A DNA stretch of 64,000 nt from Selaginella moellendorffii (taxonomy: Eukaryota; Plantae; Lycopodiophyta): assembly GCF_000143415.4 (NCBI RefSeq), contig NW_003314265.1, positions 1,384,446 through 1,448,445 on the forward strand, read 5' to 3'. The notes beneath the pieces were generated by a model that made no database searches, was not told the origin of the DNA, and worked only from the letters and a program-made list of their open reading frames with translations. Within the stretch, counting starts at the first letter, position 1. Each line of letters starts with the position of its first letter. The position numbers and the translations under genes are program-made. This document shows positions 1-12,409 of this stretch, one piece after another.

Positions 1-524
1 CTCAAGCCTTCCGGAATGGATCAGCTCTTTTACAACACTTTGCACCTCTTCTGTTTGTTCTCTCCACCATCTCTGGAAAAACGCCTGAAACTCGAGAAAA
101 TTACTGCTGGATTCTCAAAGAAAGAAATAGAGAGATAAGAATCAATGCAAGTACCTGCTCGACATACACGAATTTTCGATCCGGATTACTCGTCAGGTAC
201 ATGAGAATGCTATCGAGAATGTACTGGACTCCAGCTTCCTGTCAATCGCTAGGTTATTCCCCCAATTTCTTGCCGCGGATGATCCGAAAATCCAGCGAAA
301 GAGCTGGATTCACGCAGAAAACACACCTGGATGGTATTGTTGGATCCAATGTAGTACTGATCCACAGTCTTGAGCCATCCGACATCATCGTGCGTGTGTG
401 GGACGAGATGGACGTTGATCTTGCCGGCGACAATGCCGGCCGTGGTGTTGTACCTCTTGCTCGCGCCCAGCTCCGCGATCGCCAGGAAGACGAGGATGGT
501 CAAGAGGGAGCGGCCGCCCGCCAT
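1..524 (-). CDS. Alpha-mannosidase (GH38), 5' three exons (524-327, 238-155, 84-<1); gene continues off the window
   Basis: Signal peptide followed by the GH38 motif VHLVPHTHDDVGWLKTVDQY; spliced continuation EAGVQYILDS..RKFVYVEQ/AFFQRWW with GT-AG introns. Confidence 0.93.
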
Positions 525-775
525 AGCCAAAATCTCAAACCCCGAAAGGAAAACGTTCTTTTGCCATAGGCGACTCTGTTGTCATATACACCAGACGCTG
601 GAACATTCCATAATCCAAATGGTGCGACCCGAGCCGTCCATCGCCTGACGATTCGTCGTCTATCCTGGCCGTCGCATCGAACAATGGATGGAAAGCACTA
701 TAGCTTGTCCGCTTTGCTTGACTGGATATCGACATTCTTGGCGCATTCTATCCGAGACTAGGGCATGACTTGTTG

Positions 776-2461
776 ATGCGATCGATCACCCGGCGCTTCT
801 CCGGACAGGACGATCCCGCACTAGCGCTGGTCCAGGGCTTGAAATCTTGCGGCTGCGCGCAAGATTTGGAGGCGCTACACGCCGGCATTCTTGGATCCGA
901 GCATTGCCACGACAGGTTTGTGTGCAATCACTTGATCGAGGCGTATGGCCGCTGCGGGCTACCCGGAAGAGCGCGCGAGGTCTTGGATGGGATTCGCAAT
1001 GCGAATCTCCACTCGTGGAACATCATGGTCCAGGCATATGCACAGAACGGGCTTGTGGAGGAGGCCAGATCGCTGTTTGGATCGATGCCGCGGCGGGATT
1101 TCATCTCCTGGGGAAGCGTGATGAACGCTCACGCGCAGGCTGGGGATTTTGGATCGTGCCTGGAGGTCTTTCGCAGGTGCCCACAGCTGGATGTGGTCGC
1201 GTGTAGCTCGATGCTCGCAGCGTATGCCCAGGCAGGGCATCTGGAAGAAGCAAAGGCATTGTTTGAGAGGATGGAATCCAGGAATGCGGTGTCTTGGGCG
1301 GCTCTGATAGCTGCTCACGATCAACAGAAGAACTGCGAGCACGCAGAGATAATTCTAATCCTGATGCCGGAGCATAGCTTTCCGGCCTGGAACAGTGCTA
1401 TGACCGTCTATGCCCATGCCGGGCATCTCTCCAAGGCCAAGAGTTTGTTCGACGAGATGCCCGAGAGGAACTTGATCATCTGGACGCTGCTGCTTGGCTG
1501 CTATGCTCGAAACGGTGAAGTTGGACTGGCCAGAGGCGCTCACGCGAGGATGCCAGAGTGGGACGTGGTTTCCAACGATGCAATGCTCACGGCACTGGTC
1601 TTGGCTGGAAGCTCGTATCTAGCGGAGGCCAAGGAGATGTTCGTGAGATTGGAGGAGCGGAGCTTGGTGTCGTGGAACGTCATGGTTTCAGCGGTTTCAC
1701 AGAGCGATCAAGTGGATGCTGCGAGAACGATGTTTGATAGAATGCCACAGTGGGTCGTTTCTTCGTGGAACATCATGGTTTCAGGCTACACTCACGCTGG
1801 TCGCCTGGATGAAGCAGTGTCTATGTTCCAGAGCATGCCGGGGCGAGACCAGCTCTCCTGGAACGCCATAGTCACGGCATTTACTCAGCTCGACTGCTCG
1901 AAAGAGTTTCTTACGCTCTTCCATCTAATGCCGGTGTGGAACCTGGTGACTTTCACTTGTGCTATGGGAGTATATGCGCTGAAGGGTGACACCGAAACGG
2001 CCCTGAGCATATTTGTCAACATGCCACAGCAAGATTCGACTTCGTGGACTGCCATCATCGGAGGCTTTGCTCAGAACGGGCAGTTTGATAAAGCTCTGGA
2101 GCTTCTGTCTCTCATGAGCTCCGAAGGCGTCGAGGCAGACGAGGTGACGTTCATAGGTGTTCTTCTGGCATGCAGTCACCGGGGATTGATCGAACAAACT
2201 TGCAAGCAGTTCCAGTCCATGATTGTGGACTATGGAGTGCGGCCGATGTTACGGCACTATCACTGTGTGATTGACGGATTTGCTCGAGCAGGCCGGATAG
2301 AAGTCGCTGAAGAACTTCTTGAGTCGATGCCTTTCATGCCGAGTGAAGCAGCATGGATGAGTTTACTGGGTGCATGCAACGTACAAGGGGATGAGAAACG
2401 AGTTCTAAGTAAAGGTTTACTGTCAAGCAATTACGTTGGTGATCACGACTATGAGGTGTAG
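776..2461 (+). CDS. PLS-class PPR protein, run of 31-aa S-type repeats, truncated E extension, no DYW
   Basis: Intronless ORF (first ATG 776); repeats like SWNxMxxAYAQxGxxxEAxxLFxxMP; FIGVLLACSHRG, HYHCVIDGFARAG, WMSLLGAC. Confidence 0.92.
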   Translation: MRSITRRFSGQDDPALALVQGLKSCGCAQDLEALHAGILGSEHCHDRFVCNHLIEAYGRCGLPGRAREVLDGIRNANLHSWNIMVQAYAQNGLVEEARSLFGSMPRRDFISWGSVMNAHAQAGDFGSCLEVFRRCPQLDVVACSSMLAAYAQAGHLEEAKALFERMESRNAVSWAALIAAHDQQKNCEHAEIILILMPEHSFPAWNSAMTVYAHAGHLSKAKSLFDEMPERNLIIWTLLLGCYARNGEVGLARGAHARMPEWDVVSNDAMLTALVLAGSSYLAEAKEMFVRLEERSLVSWNVMVSAVSQSDQVDAARTMFDRMPQWVVSSWNIMVSGYTHAGRLDEAVSMFQSMPGRDQLSWNAIVTAFTQLDCSKEFLTLFHLMPVWNLVTFTCAMGVYALKGDTETALSIFVNMPQQDSTSWTAIIGGFAQNGQFDKALELLSLMSSEGVEADEVTFIGVLLACSHRGLIEQTCKQFQSMIVDYGVRPMLRHYHCVIDGFARAGRIEVAEELLESMPFMPSEAAWMSLLGACNVQGDEKRVLSKGLLSSNYVGDHDYEV

Positions 2462-2626
2462 CGATGGAAGCAAAAGCAGGTACTGTTGAATTTATCTGAG
2501 TCGTTAATAACCTTTTGATCTGATCATACAGGTGGAGTTTCTAAGTTCTCAGGCCATTTTTCTAGTAGCCTTCGAGCCTTTACTGCGGTAAGCAAAGCAG
2601 GCAGCTGTTTTCTTATTTCTTCCAAC

Positions 2627-5191
2627 TTATCTAGCTTCGATTGACAGTGAAACTGGAGCGATAACTGAGACGTTGGCTGAAGGTGCACGCTGTTGCTGGT
2701 AATAAAACTGAAAATCCAGCGGAGGCTCTGGAACATCGCAAGGCCCATCAAGCATTTGCAAAACTCTGCTGATCGAAGGCCTGACCGATGGACTATCTTG
2801 GATGCACCACAGCGCAACCTTAAACAGCGTCTCTACAAGAGGTAAAATCTCCACACGACGTACCGTCTCGTCCACTATATCTAAAAGCCTTCCTGCCTTG
2901 AACTCGTTCACAGCCCACATTGGGAAGTACCAGTCGAGAGCATTCCCGGACGATGCAAGCTTGCCTGGGTCGATGTTCCTTCTTCCACTGATCAACTCGA
3001 GCAGCACCATTCCATAGCTGTAAACGTCACACTTCTTGGTGGCTATGGAGTTAAGAAGCCACTCGGGGGCCAGGTAGCCGGGAGTTCCTCGCACCCCAGT
3101 CACAACCTGTGTGATGTCCTTGCCCGTCAGCAGCTTGGACATCCCAAAGTCGGACACTTTGGCTGTGAAGTCCTCGTCCAGAAGTATGTTTTGCGGTTTT
3201 ATATCCAAATGCATGATTGGATCTCTACACTCTTCGTGCAGATAAGCGAGCCCTCTCGCAGTTCCAAGAGCAATCTTGCAGCGGCTCTCCCAGCTCAAGC
3301 TCCTTTTGCCGCTGTCGAAAAGCCACTGATCCAAGGAACCATTTGCTACGTGCTCGTACACCAGCAACCTCGACGAGCCATGCACGCAGTAGCCGCAGAG
3401 CCGGACGATATTCACGTGACTGATGGTCCCCAGCGACACTACCTCGGCTACAAACTGCTTGTGACCACCATGGCCGCCACCCGTCTCAAGAGCTTTCACG
3501 GCCAACCGTGTCCCGTTCGCGAGCACTCCAGCATACACGGAGCCAAAGCCGCCGGATCCCAGCTTCTGCGTGAAACCTCTCGTCGCCACCTTGAGAGTTT
3601 TGTACGAGAACCTGTGAGGCGTGGCACCAGGCATGGAATTGAGCAGGGCCTTCATCGTCATCTCCTCCTCCTTGAGCCTCCTTCGCTTCCGGAGTCCAAG
3701 GACACAGGCACCCAAGGCGACTACCACTGCAATCGCAGAGGCAACAGCAATTCCGGCAAGCTTTGCAGCTCGTTGAGCATTATTGTTTCCAGGCTTCAGG
3801 ACAATGCTGCCACTCTCGAGCTTGAGATGGGCGGAGTACTGCACCGCAGCAGTGGCATCAAAGTCCAAGCTTCCCAGGATGTCCTTGACGAAGTAGCAGC
3901 CGCTCGAGTTCTTGCTATAGAAGACCGCGGCACAGGAGCAGTTTGCCTTGCACATATTCAGGCACTTGTCCAGGGGCGACACCATATCCGGCTGGAGCAG
4001 CTTGTTCGGGAAATACGAGACTCCCAGGAAATCCTGCAAAGGGGCCTCTGATCTAGCGGAACACGTCTCAGCAGTGATGAAAGGTGGTGGCGATGGACAA
4101 GCGGTGCTCGAGTCTACTTCATACCGCCCAGTGGCTCTCGAGAGGCACTTGCAAGGAGCCGAGCCTCGAGACTGGCACATACCATATCGACCGCAGGCGA
4201 GAGGAGTCGGACAAACTTTATCTTGCACCAGGGACTCCCAGCTAAAGTCCGCCTTCCACGAGCCCGAGCTCGAGTCGAAGCCATACGATACAAGATCGCC
4301 GGTGTGCTCGAGGCGGAGGAACCTCAACTCCAAGCTGGTGTCGATGAACGGGAAGTGGACTCTCCGAGGAGCCGAGCACGGCAGCAAGCCAGACGCGGCC
4401 GTGGAGTTATCCTTGGCCTCGTACTCGAGCACATAGTCGGCACCGGAGAACGAGAACACGGCGTGGTACGAGGGACACTCGTGGAGAACCGTGCTAAGCT
4501 GCCTCTTCACGACGGTGCTCTGCATGGTCGAGATGCTATAAGCTTGCGGCGCCACCATCGCGTCCGAGGACCTCAAGTAGAGAGCCAGTCCGCTCACCTC
4601 GACGCTCGTCACGAACAGGCCCTCGACCATGCTCGACTTGTCGGAGCTCGCCACCAGCTTGCTGCCAGTCCGGAACCTCTGGCCGGGCATGAGAACGTCG
4701 ACCGGATCGTCGAAAGTTTGCCACAGCGTTGCGTCTTGATCGTCGAAGAGCCGTAAGTTGCCGTCCTCGGTGAGCTCCATGCCGCGGATCCCGAGCTTGA
4801 AGGGACTCCAGACGCGCTGGTTCTGCGAGTCGACGAGCCGCATCTCGCCGCTGAGGATCTGGATGGCGGCGTTGCTCGAGACTGGGGAGTTCCGGTTCGC
4901 GGTCCAGATGGGAACCGCCTGGTTGGTGTGGACTCCCAGCATCACCGAGAGGTAGAAGCCGCCGGTGCTGTTCAAGTCGAGGAAGGCGAGGCACAGCGTG
5001 CTGTTGTCGCTCGAGATTGGATGGCCGCGACCGTCCACCACTTGGCGAAAGCTTCCATATTCCATTCCGGCTGGGATCGTCCTCAAGCTCCCATTGTTGA
5101 ACACCTTCCAATCGTGATCCCATTCGTAACGAGCCGGGGATGCGATGGTCGCAAGAAGAAGAACAAGAACAAAAAGAAGAAGTGGTGCCAT
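2627..5191 (-). CDS. G-type (bulb) lectin S-domain receptor-like Ser/Thr kinase (SD2-like), intronless
   Basis: Signal peptide, B-lectin (WTANRNSPV, GNLRL, WQTFDDPVD), Cys-rich EGF/PAN region, TM helix, kinase motifs GSGGFG, HLDIKPQN (non-RD), DFG, GTPGYLAPE. Confidence 0.95.
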   Translation of the reverse strand: MAPLLLFVLVLLLATIASPARYEWDHDWKVFNNGSLRTIPAGMEYGSFRQVVDGRGHPISSDNSTLCLAFLDLNSTGGFYLSVMLGVHTNQAVPIWTANRNSPVSSNAAIQILSGEMRLVDSQNQRVWSPFKLGIRGMELTEDGNLRLFDDQDATLWQTFDDPVDVLMPGQRFRTGSKLVASSDKSSMVEGLFVTSVEVSGLALYLRSSDAMVAPQAYSISTMQSTVVKRQLSTVLHECPSYHAVFSFSGADYVLEYEAKDNSTAASGLLPCSAPRRVHFPFIDTSLELRFLRLEHTGDLVSYGFDSSSGSWKADFSWESLVQDKVCPTPLACGRYGMCQSRGSAPCKCLSRATGRYEVDSSTACPSPPPFITAETCSARSEAPLQDFLGVSYFPNKLLQPDMVSPLDKCLNMCKANCSCAAVFYSKNSSGCYFVKDILGSLDFDATAAVQYSAHLKLESGSIVLKPGNNNAQRAAKLAGIAVASAIAVVVALGACVLGLRKRRRLKEEEMTMKALLNSMPGATPHRFSYKTLKVATRGFTQKLGSGGFGSVYAGVLANGTRLAVKALETGGGHGGHKQFVAEVVSLGTISHVNIVRLCGYCVHGSSRLLVYEHVANGSLDQWLFDSGKRSLSWESRCKIALGTARGLAYLHEECRDPIMHLDIKPQNILLDEDFTAKVSDFGMSKLLTGKDITQVVTGVRGTPGYLAPEWLLNSIATKKCDVYSYGMVLLELISGRRNIDPGKLASSGNALDWYFPMWAVNEFKAGRLLDIVDETVRRVEILPLVETLFKVALWCIQDSPSVRPSISRVLQMLDGPCDVPEPPLDFQFYYQQQRAPSANVSVIAPVSLSIEAR

Positions 5192-5238
5192 CACTGTGGC
5201 AAAGCGCGAAGAAAAAGAAGAAGAAGAAGTGCTGCCAT
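5191..5238 (-). other. Candidate uORF MAALLLLLFLRALPQ* whose TGA overlaps the RLK ATG (TGATG); arises from a 47-bp duplication
   Basis: Direct repeat aagaagaagtg(g/c)tgccatcac(t/c)gtggc at about 5174-5200 and 5221-5247; translated by hand. Confidence 0.6.
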
Positions 5239-5532
5239 CACCGTGGCTCTTTCAGAGGTCTGTAAAGCTTGAGTAATTTTCTCCTTTTGGACTGTGATCA
5301 CAAGATTGCGAGAGAGCTCCAACTTTGGATGACTTTGTGGACCGGGGAAGTCAAGCTTTTGGACCACAGATGCAAGGGCTTCCAGAGATTTAAGCTTGAC
5401 TTGACAAAAGTGGTGCTGTGATCAAATGTATGAGCTCTAGTGATCTGATCAAACAGTGGGCCTCGAGTTGATTCCTTTGCATGCAACGTACAACTTTGCT
5501 ACTTCTTTGCGAATTACAATATTGTCAAACAT

Positions 5533-6373
5533 CTATGTGCCCAGAGTCGTGATCATGGCGACAACGAGGACGAGCACCAGAAGCTGTGGCGATGGAAGCA
5601 GCCAGGTACCCTCTGCGGGGAAAACCAAATGTTAGGATACTTTGCTTTTAGAACACTTTGAGATTCTTCACTATTTTGGAATAGGACTGGTGGTGGCGGC
5701 GGAGGTTCAATCTTTGGGTTGATTCCAAGCCCCAAATCCTGGCATCCCATGCCAACTTGGCCTGCATGGTTATTCGTCGCGCATTGATATGTCCATTAAC
5801 ACCTTTGAAACTTTAGAACTTACAGTCTCTAAAGCACATTCCCGACGTAGAGTTCAGCAGGTTTCTGTATCCCTTGCGACACACGCAAGTGTACGCCAAG
5901 CTCAACTTTTGTGATATGCAGTCCCCACCCTCGCCACAGATGAAAGGGATCAAACAAGCTGCCGGAAACGATCAGAGCAAATCTGGGCGAGGAATCGCGA
6001 GCGCTTACGACTGATTGAGAAATTTGGGGGTGGTGCTGGGGTACTGGGATCCACTCCATCGCAGCTCATCCTGAAGTCGCCTGGATTGAGGTGTGGAATT
6101 AAAGCTACCGGACTACGTGAATCTTACACTTTGGCATTCCACAGGGGAGATATGGCGAGCCCAGAAAGTTGGTCCATCCTTCGCTGCATTTGCAGACACC
6201 GTCCTGAAAGTTACCCTGCTGACAGTCTATTGTAGCATCCGCGATCGATGGAGCTGTGTATTCAAGAGATTTAGAGGAGTCAAGATTTCAACAAAAAGCA
6301 TTCACGGACTTGGAGATGCCAAGATTGACGCGAGCGCGAAAAAAGAGAGCTTCACAAATATTTCCATGTTCAT
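5533..6373 (-). CDS. Small secreted Cys-rich EGF-like protein with hydrophobic C-terminus (possible GPI/TM), tandem copy A, multi-exon
   Basis: Spliced reading MNMEIFVKLSFF..DCQQGNFQDGVCKCSEGWTNFLGSPYLPCGMPKC..ICGEGGDC..NLLN..EGTWLLPSPQLLVLVLVVAMITTLGT*; needs an intron with a GTCCGT donor near 6309. Confidence 0.7.
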
Positions 6374-6519
6374 CGATTTGGAACGCCCTTGCGGATGTTA
6401 TGTTGCAGCTGGCGGACTCAACAAGAGCAAACAAATTTTAACCTCTAAATTTAAAATATTAATTAATTCTGGACTATGTTTAATTTACTGCTAGCTCAAT
6501 TTTACTATTAACAGCGAGA

Positions 6520-6890
6520 GCACCGGTTTTCATTTCAGCAGGTAGAAAAGAGTGTAGCTACGAAATGTAGCGCTGCTAGCCAGAGAGCTTAGTTTCTCTA
6601 GCAGTGGCAATCACACCTTAATCTAACAAACGAGGTACCAATTGCTGATCCCTCCCGGATCTTCAGAGCCACACAGGTGCAGAAGTCTCTTATATACTTT
6701 TTCTCCTCGAGCACAAACGTTTTGATGATCAGGTGTGAACTTTTAGACTCCTGGTCAAGAATGCGGCGTAACTCTAATCCGGTGCTGAAAAGGTATGGCG
6801 ATGTACTTCAAAGATCTCATGCTAGATTTCTTTTGTTTTCTTTGAGACAGGTCGTTTAAGTCGGTTACAGCGCGTAAGTGTGTGTTCTTC
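6520..6890 (+). pseudogene. Decayed duplicate of the thylakoid lumen gene at 8058-9010
   Basis: Colinear matches with large deletions (ctacgaaatg.agcgctgctagcc, ggatcttcagagcc.cacaggtg, gatgatcaggtgtg..tttagactcct.gtcaagaatgcggcgt). Confidence 0.8.
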
Positions 6891-7089
6891 GAAGAAATTG
6901 AGCCCCAATTAGTTTGGATGACATTGTGGGCCATGAAAGCCAAACTACAAAAGAAATCATGGAAAGGCTTCGGCTCGACTTGACAAAAAATGGTGCTGTG
7001 TAATAAAATGGATGAGCTCGAGCGATGAAACAAGCCACGATCATGGAGTTCAAGACGATTCCTCGCTACTTCAAATTATTGTCAAACAG

Positions 7090-7892
7090 CTATATGCCCA
7101 GAAGAGTTGTGATCATGGTGACAAGGAGCACAAGCACTAAAAGGGATGGCGATGGAAGCAGCCAGGTACCCTCTGCAGGAATAAGCAAATGTTAGAATGC
7201 TTTGCCTAGACCACTTTTATCTTCACTATTTTGGAATGGGACTGGTGGTGGTGGCGACAGCGGTTCAATCGTTGGGTTGATTCCAAGCACCAAATTCTGG
7301 CATCCTTCGCCAAGTTGGCCTGCATGGCCCTTAATATGTCCGTCAACCTTTGGAACTTGACAACTTACAGTCTCGAAAGCACACTCCCGACGTAAGATTC
7401 AGCAGGTTTCTGTATCCGTTGCGACACACACAAGTGTAGGCGAGGCTCAGTCCTTGTGATATGCAGTCTCCACCCTCGCCACAGATGGAAGGGATCAAAC
7501 AAGCTGCTAGAGAAACGATCATCAAAGCACAAATGGCACGAGCGCTTACGACTGAATGAGATATTTGGGGTTGGTGGCGGGGAGCCGGGATCCACTCCAT
7601 CGCAGCTCATTTTAAAGTCGCCTGGATTGAGCAAAGAAGAGATAAAGCTCGAGGCACAAAGCATAGGTACATGATCCTTACACTTTGGTATTCCACAGGG
7701 GAGATAGGGCGAGCCCAGAATGTTGGTCCATCCTTCGCTGCATTTGCAGATACCGATAGGGAAGGTGCCCACGTCCTGGAAGTCGCCCATCTGACAGTCG
7801 ATTGTGGCGTCCGCGTTCGATGGAGCTGCGCAATTCAAGAGACACATTGGAGCTGCTAACATGACAAAAGCGAGCTTCACAGATATCTCCAT
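7090..7892 (-). CDS. Small secreted Cys-rich EGF-like protein with hydrophobic C-terminus, tandem copy B, multi-exon
   Basis: Signal peptide; CKCSEGW..YLPCGIPKC; CGEGGDC..YTCVCRNGYRNLLN; Pro-rich linker; hydrophobic tail SLLVLVLLVTMITTLLGI*. Confidence 0.8.
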
Positions 7893-8057
7893 GTTGATCG
7901 AATTGGATCTTGAAAGAACGCCCTTGCGATGTTATGCTGCAGCTGGCGGACTCAACTAGACTAAGCTAAAGATTATAGCCTCCTAATTAACAAAATTTAG
8001 GTCAATTACTTTAATATATTCTCTTGCAACGTGGAAGGATAACAGGATTTGGCGAGA

Positions 8058-9010
8058 ATGGCTATGGCGGCGGCAACTATGGAGGCACGCCACAGTGAAA
8101 TTCGCCAGTTTTCACTCCAGCAGGCAGACAAAAATGTCTCTACGAAATGCAGCGCTGCTAGCCGGAGATTGAGCTTAGTTTCACTCGCAGTGGCCATCAC
8201 AGCTTGCTCGCAGAAGATCGACACGGCCCAAGCATTTTCTTTGGGGACTTGTGAGAAGCTTATATACTTCTTCTTTAGAGTTTTTGCATGATAGAGATCT
8301 TTAAATTGTTGTTCCAGCAGGACCAAAGGAATGGCTCAAACAACAGAAGAAACGAACAGCAGATTTTTTGCTGGTACCAATTGCTCGCTCACGAGAACGT
8401 TTGGAGAGTGCGTTTCTTCTTTTCAGTTAAGTCAATCTCTTTCTTCGTGCTCCAAGATTTTCATGTAAATTTGCAGGTTCGTCAAATCCATTAGAAGCGG
8501 GAAATCTCATCAGGATTGCTGCTCGTGATTGCATCCCCGTGGAAGCTGGATCAATCTTGGATCTTCAGAGCCGCACAGGTGTAGAGGTCTCTTACAAACT
8601 TTTCTTATTACTCTCTCTTTCTCAAGTACAAAACTTCCATTTTGATGATCAGGTGTGTACATTTAGACTCCTTGTCAAGAATGCGGCGTCTTTGCTCGAT
8701 AACTCTGATCCAGTTAAGATCAAGGCCTACTTGGCATTGGAAAATCTGATAAGGTATGGCTATGTACTTGAAAGATCTCATCCTAGATTTCTAAGTTTTC
8801 TTTAAGACAGGTCATTCACGTATTTAGATGAGTCTGTGACAGCCCCTACTTCATCGTAAGTGTGTGTTCCTTGCATTTTTTAGATTACGTATAGTTTAAG
8901 TTTACTCGTCTTTGTTGAACAGGACTGAAGTAGCAAATGCTTTCGAGCTTACATACGCTGCACTAAGCACATTCGAAGCAGGAATTCGGGCCTGTCTTGG
9001 CATTGCATAA
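8058..9010 (+). CDS. Thylakoid lumen protein precursor (twin-arginine signal), six exons; resembles from memory the Arabidopsis At5g42765 family
   Basis: Hand-spliced with consistent phases: ..SRRLSLVSLAVAITA..AQA|FSLGTSGPKEWLKQQKK..AARDCIP..GVEVCTFRLLVKNAASLLDNSDPVK..FEAGIRACLGIA*. Confidence 0.85.
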
Positions 9011-9147
9011 ATCTTATGTAGAAATTCAAAGATTTCACAAGTATAAACTTTGTTGAACAGGAGAAAATGCTTTCGAGCTTACATACGCTGCAACTAGAAG
9101 TATAAGAACTATTATATGAAGCTCATGGATAACAAACTGTAAGTAGC

Positions 9148-9218
9148 TGCACTGCCCGGGAATCGAACCCGGGTCTGTTCCGTGGCAGGGAACTATTCTA
9201 CCACTAGACCAGCAGTGC
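9148..9218 (-). tRNA. tRNA-Gly (GCC)
   Basis: 71-nt cloverleaf GCACTGCTGGTCTAGTGGTAGAATAGTTCCCTGCCACGGAACAGACCCGGGTTCGATTCCCGGGCAGTGCA with paired acceptor and anticodon stems, A and B boxes. Confidence 0.97.
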
Positions 9219-9344
9219 TTTAGTTGGATGATCTAGCTTACAATCGTTCCACAAACCCTAACCTGGCATATTCTTGGATAGGATGTACCTTTTTAGCGAA
9301 TCCCATATATATAGAACGAGAGAAGATTAGGGCTCTTCCATTGG

Positions 9345-9995
9345 ATGGCCAGTCTGATTTCCAAGTGGGTTTTCTCTTGCTTTGGCGGCGGCGCTCCCGC
9401 GAAAGACAAGCTCTACAACATCGACTGCCTGGCCAAGATCGCCAGCGCCACGCCCTTCCAGGTCTGCGAGCTCGAAGCCCTCCACGAGCTCTTCGCTAGT
9501 CTGTGCCAGGGCGAGGATCGCAGCTTCAAGCTGAGCAAGGCCACCTGGGCGCAGGGCTGCCGGATGAGCGCGCGCTTCTTCGACATGTTCGATGTGGACC
9601 GAGATGGGCGGCTGAATTTCGACGAGTTTGCGCGCGGCCTCGCGGTCTTCCACCCCAGCACGCCGCGCGACGCCAAGATCAAGTTCATGTTCGATTTCTA
9701 CGACCTCCAGCGCAAGGGCTTCCTGGTCAAGTCCGATATCGAGGGGTTCCTCGCGGGCGCGCTACCGTCGGGGACGAACTTGGATCCCATCGTGGATGCT
9801 ACGTTCGCCGAGGCGGATACCAATCTGGATGGGAGGATCGATCGCGATGAATGGAAGGCGATGGTGGCCAAGCACGAGACAATCTTGCGGCCGCTCACGC
9901 TAAAGGCGCTCCAGGAGCTCACGCTCGCGTACCCCGACTTCATCTTCCACGTCGTTGACTATAATCCGGAGGTCAACTCTTTTGACCATAGTTGA
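9345..9995 (+). CDS. CBL: Calcineurin B-like (CBL) calcium sensor, intronless and divergent
   Basis: TPFQVCELEALHELF, FARGLAVFHP, KIKFMFDFYDL, EF loops DVDRDGRLNFDE and DTNLDGRIDRDE, C-terminal YPDFIF at the FPSF position. Confidence 0.88.
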   Translation: MASLISKWVFSCFGGGAPAKDKLYNIDCLAKIASATPFQVCELEALHELFASLCQGEDRSFKLSKATWAQGCRMSARFFDMFDVDRDGRLNFDEFARGLAVFHPSTPRDAKIKFMFDFYDLQRKGFLVKSDIEGFLAGALPSGTNLDPIVDATFAEADTNLDGRIDRDEWKAMVAKHETILRPLTLKALQELTLAYPDFIFHVVDYNPEVNSFDHS

Positions 9996-10200
9996 CCCCC
10001 CCGAGAACATTTTGGTAACATAACTCTGACCCAAGAGGAAGCCTTGTAACGTAAAAACTACCTTTGAGAACCAATCAACAAATTTGAGAACATATCAAAC
10101 CATGTTTCTAAACAATGAGAACATATCAATTTGTATCAACAATAAATTCAAACCTGATGGACATGTACCTTAACAGTATACTGTGAAAGATTTGATTGTG

Positions 10201-12292
<2,092 letters not shown>

Positions 12293-12409
12293 CTAAAACC
12301 CTAAACCCGCCACGCCGGAGCCGCGCATCCAACAAGAAATCTTATTTCTCTTCCTATGAGCAGAAATTAGGGTTCTTCCGAGAGGCGCGATGGATGATCC
12401 AGCGATCTC

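Noticed and set aside
9010-9147. Possible tRNA-Gly/snoRNA dicistron
   Set aside because: No C box or D box arrangement downstream of the tRNA; the repeat there is a duplicated exon fragment
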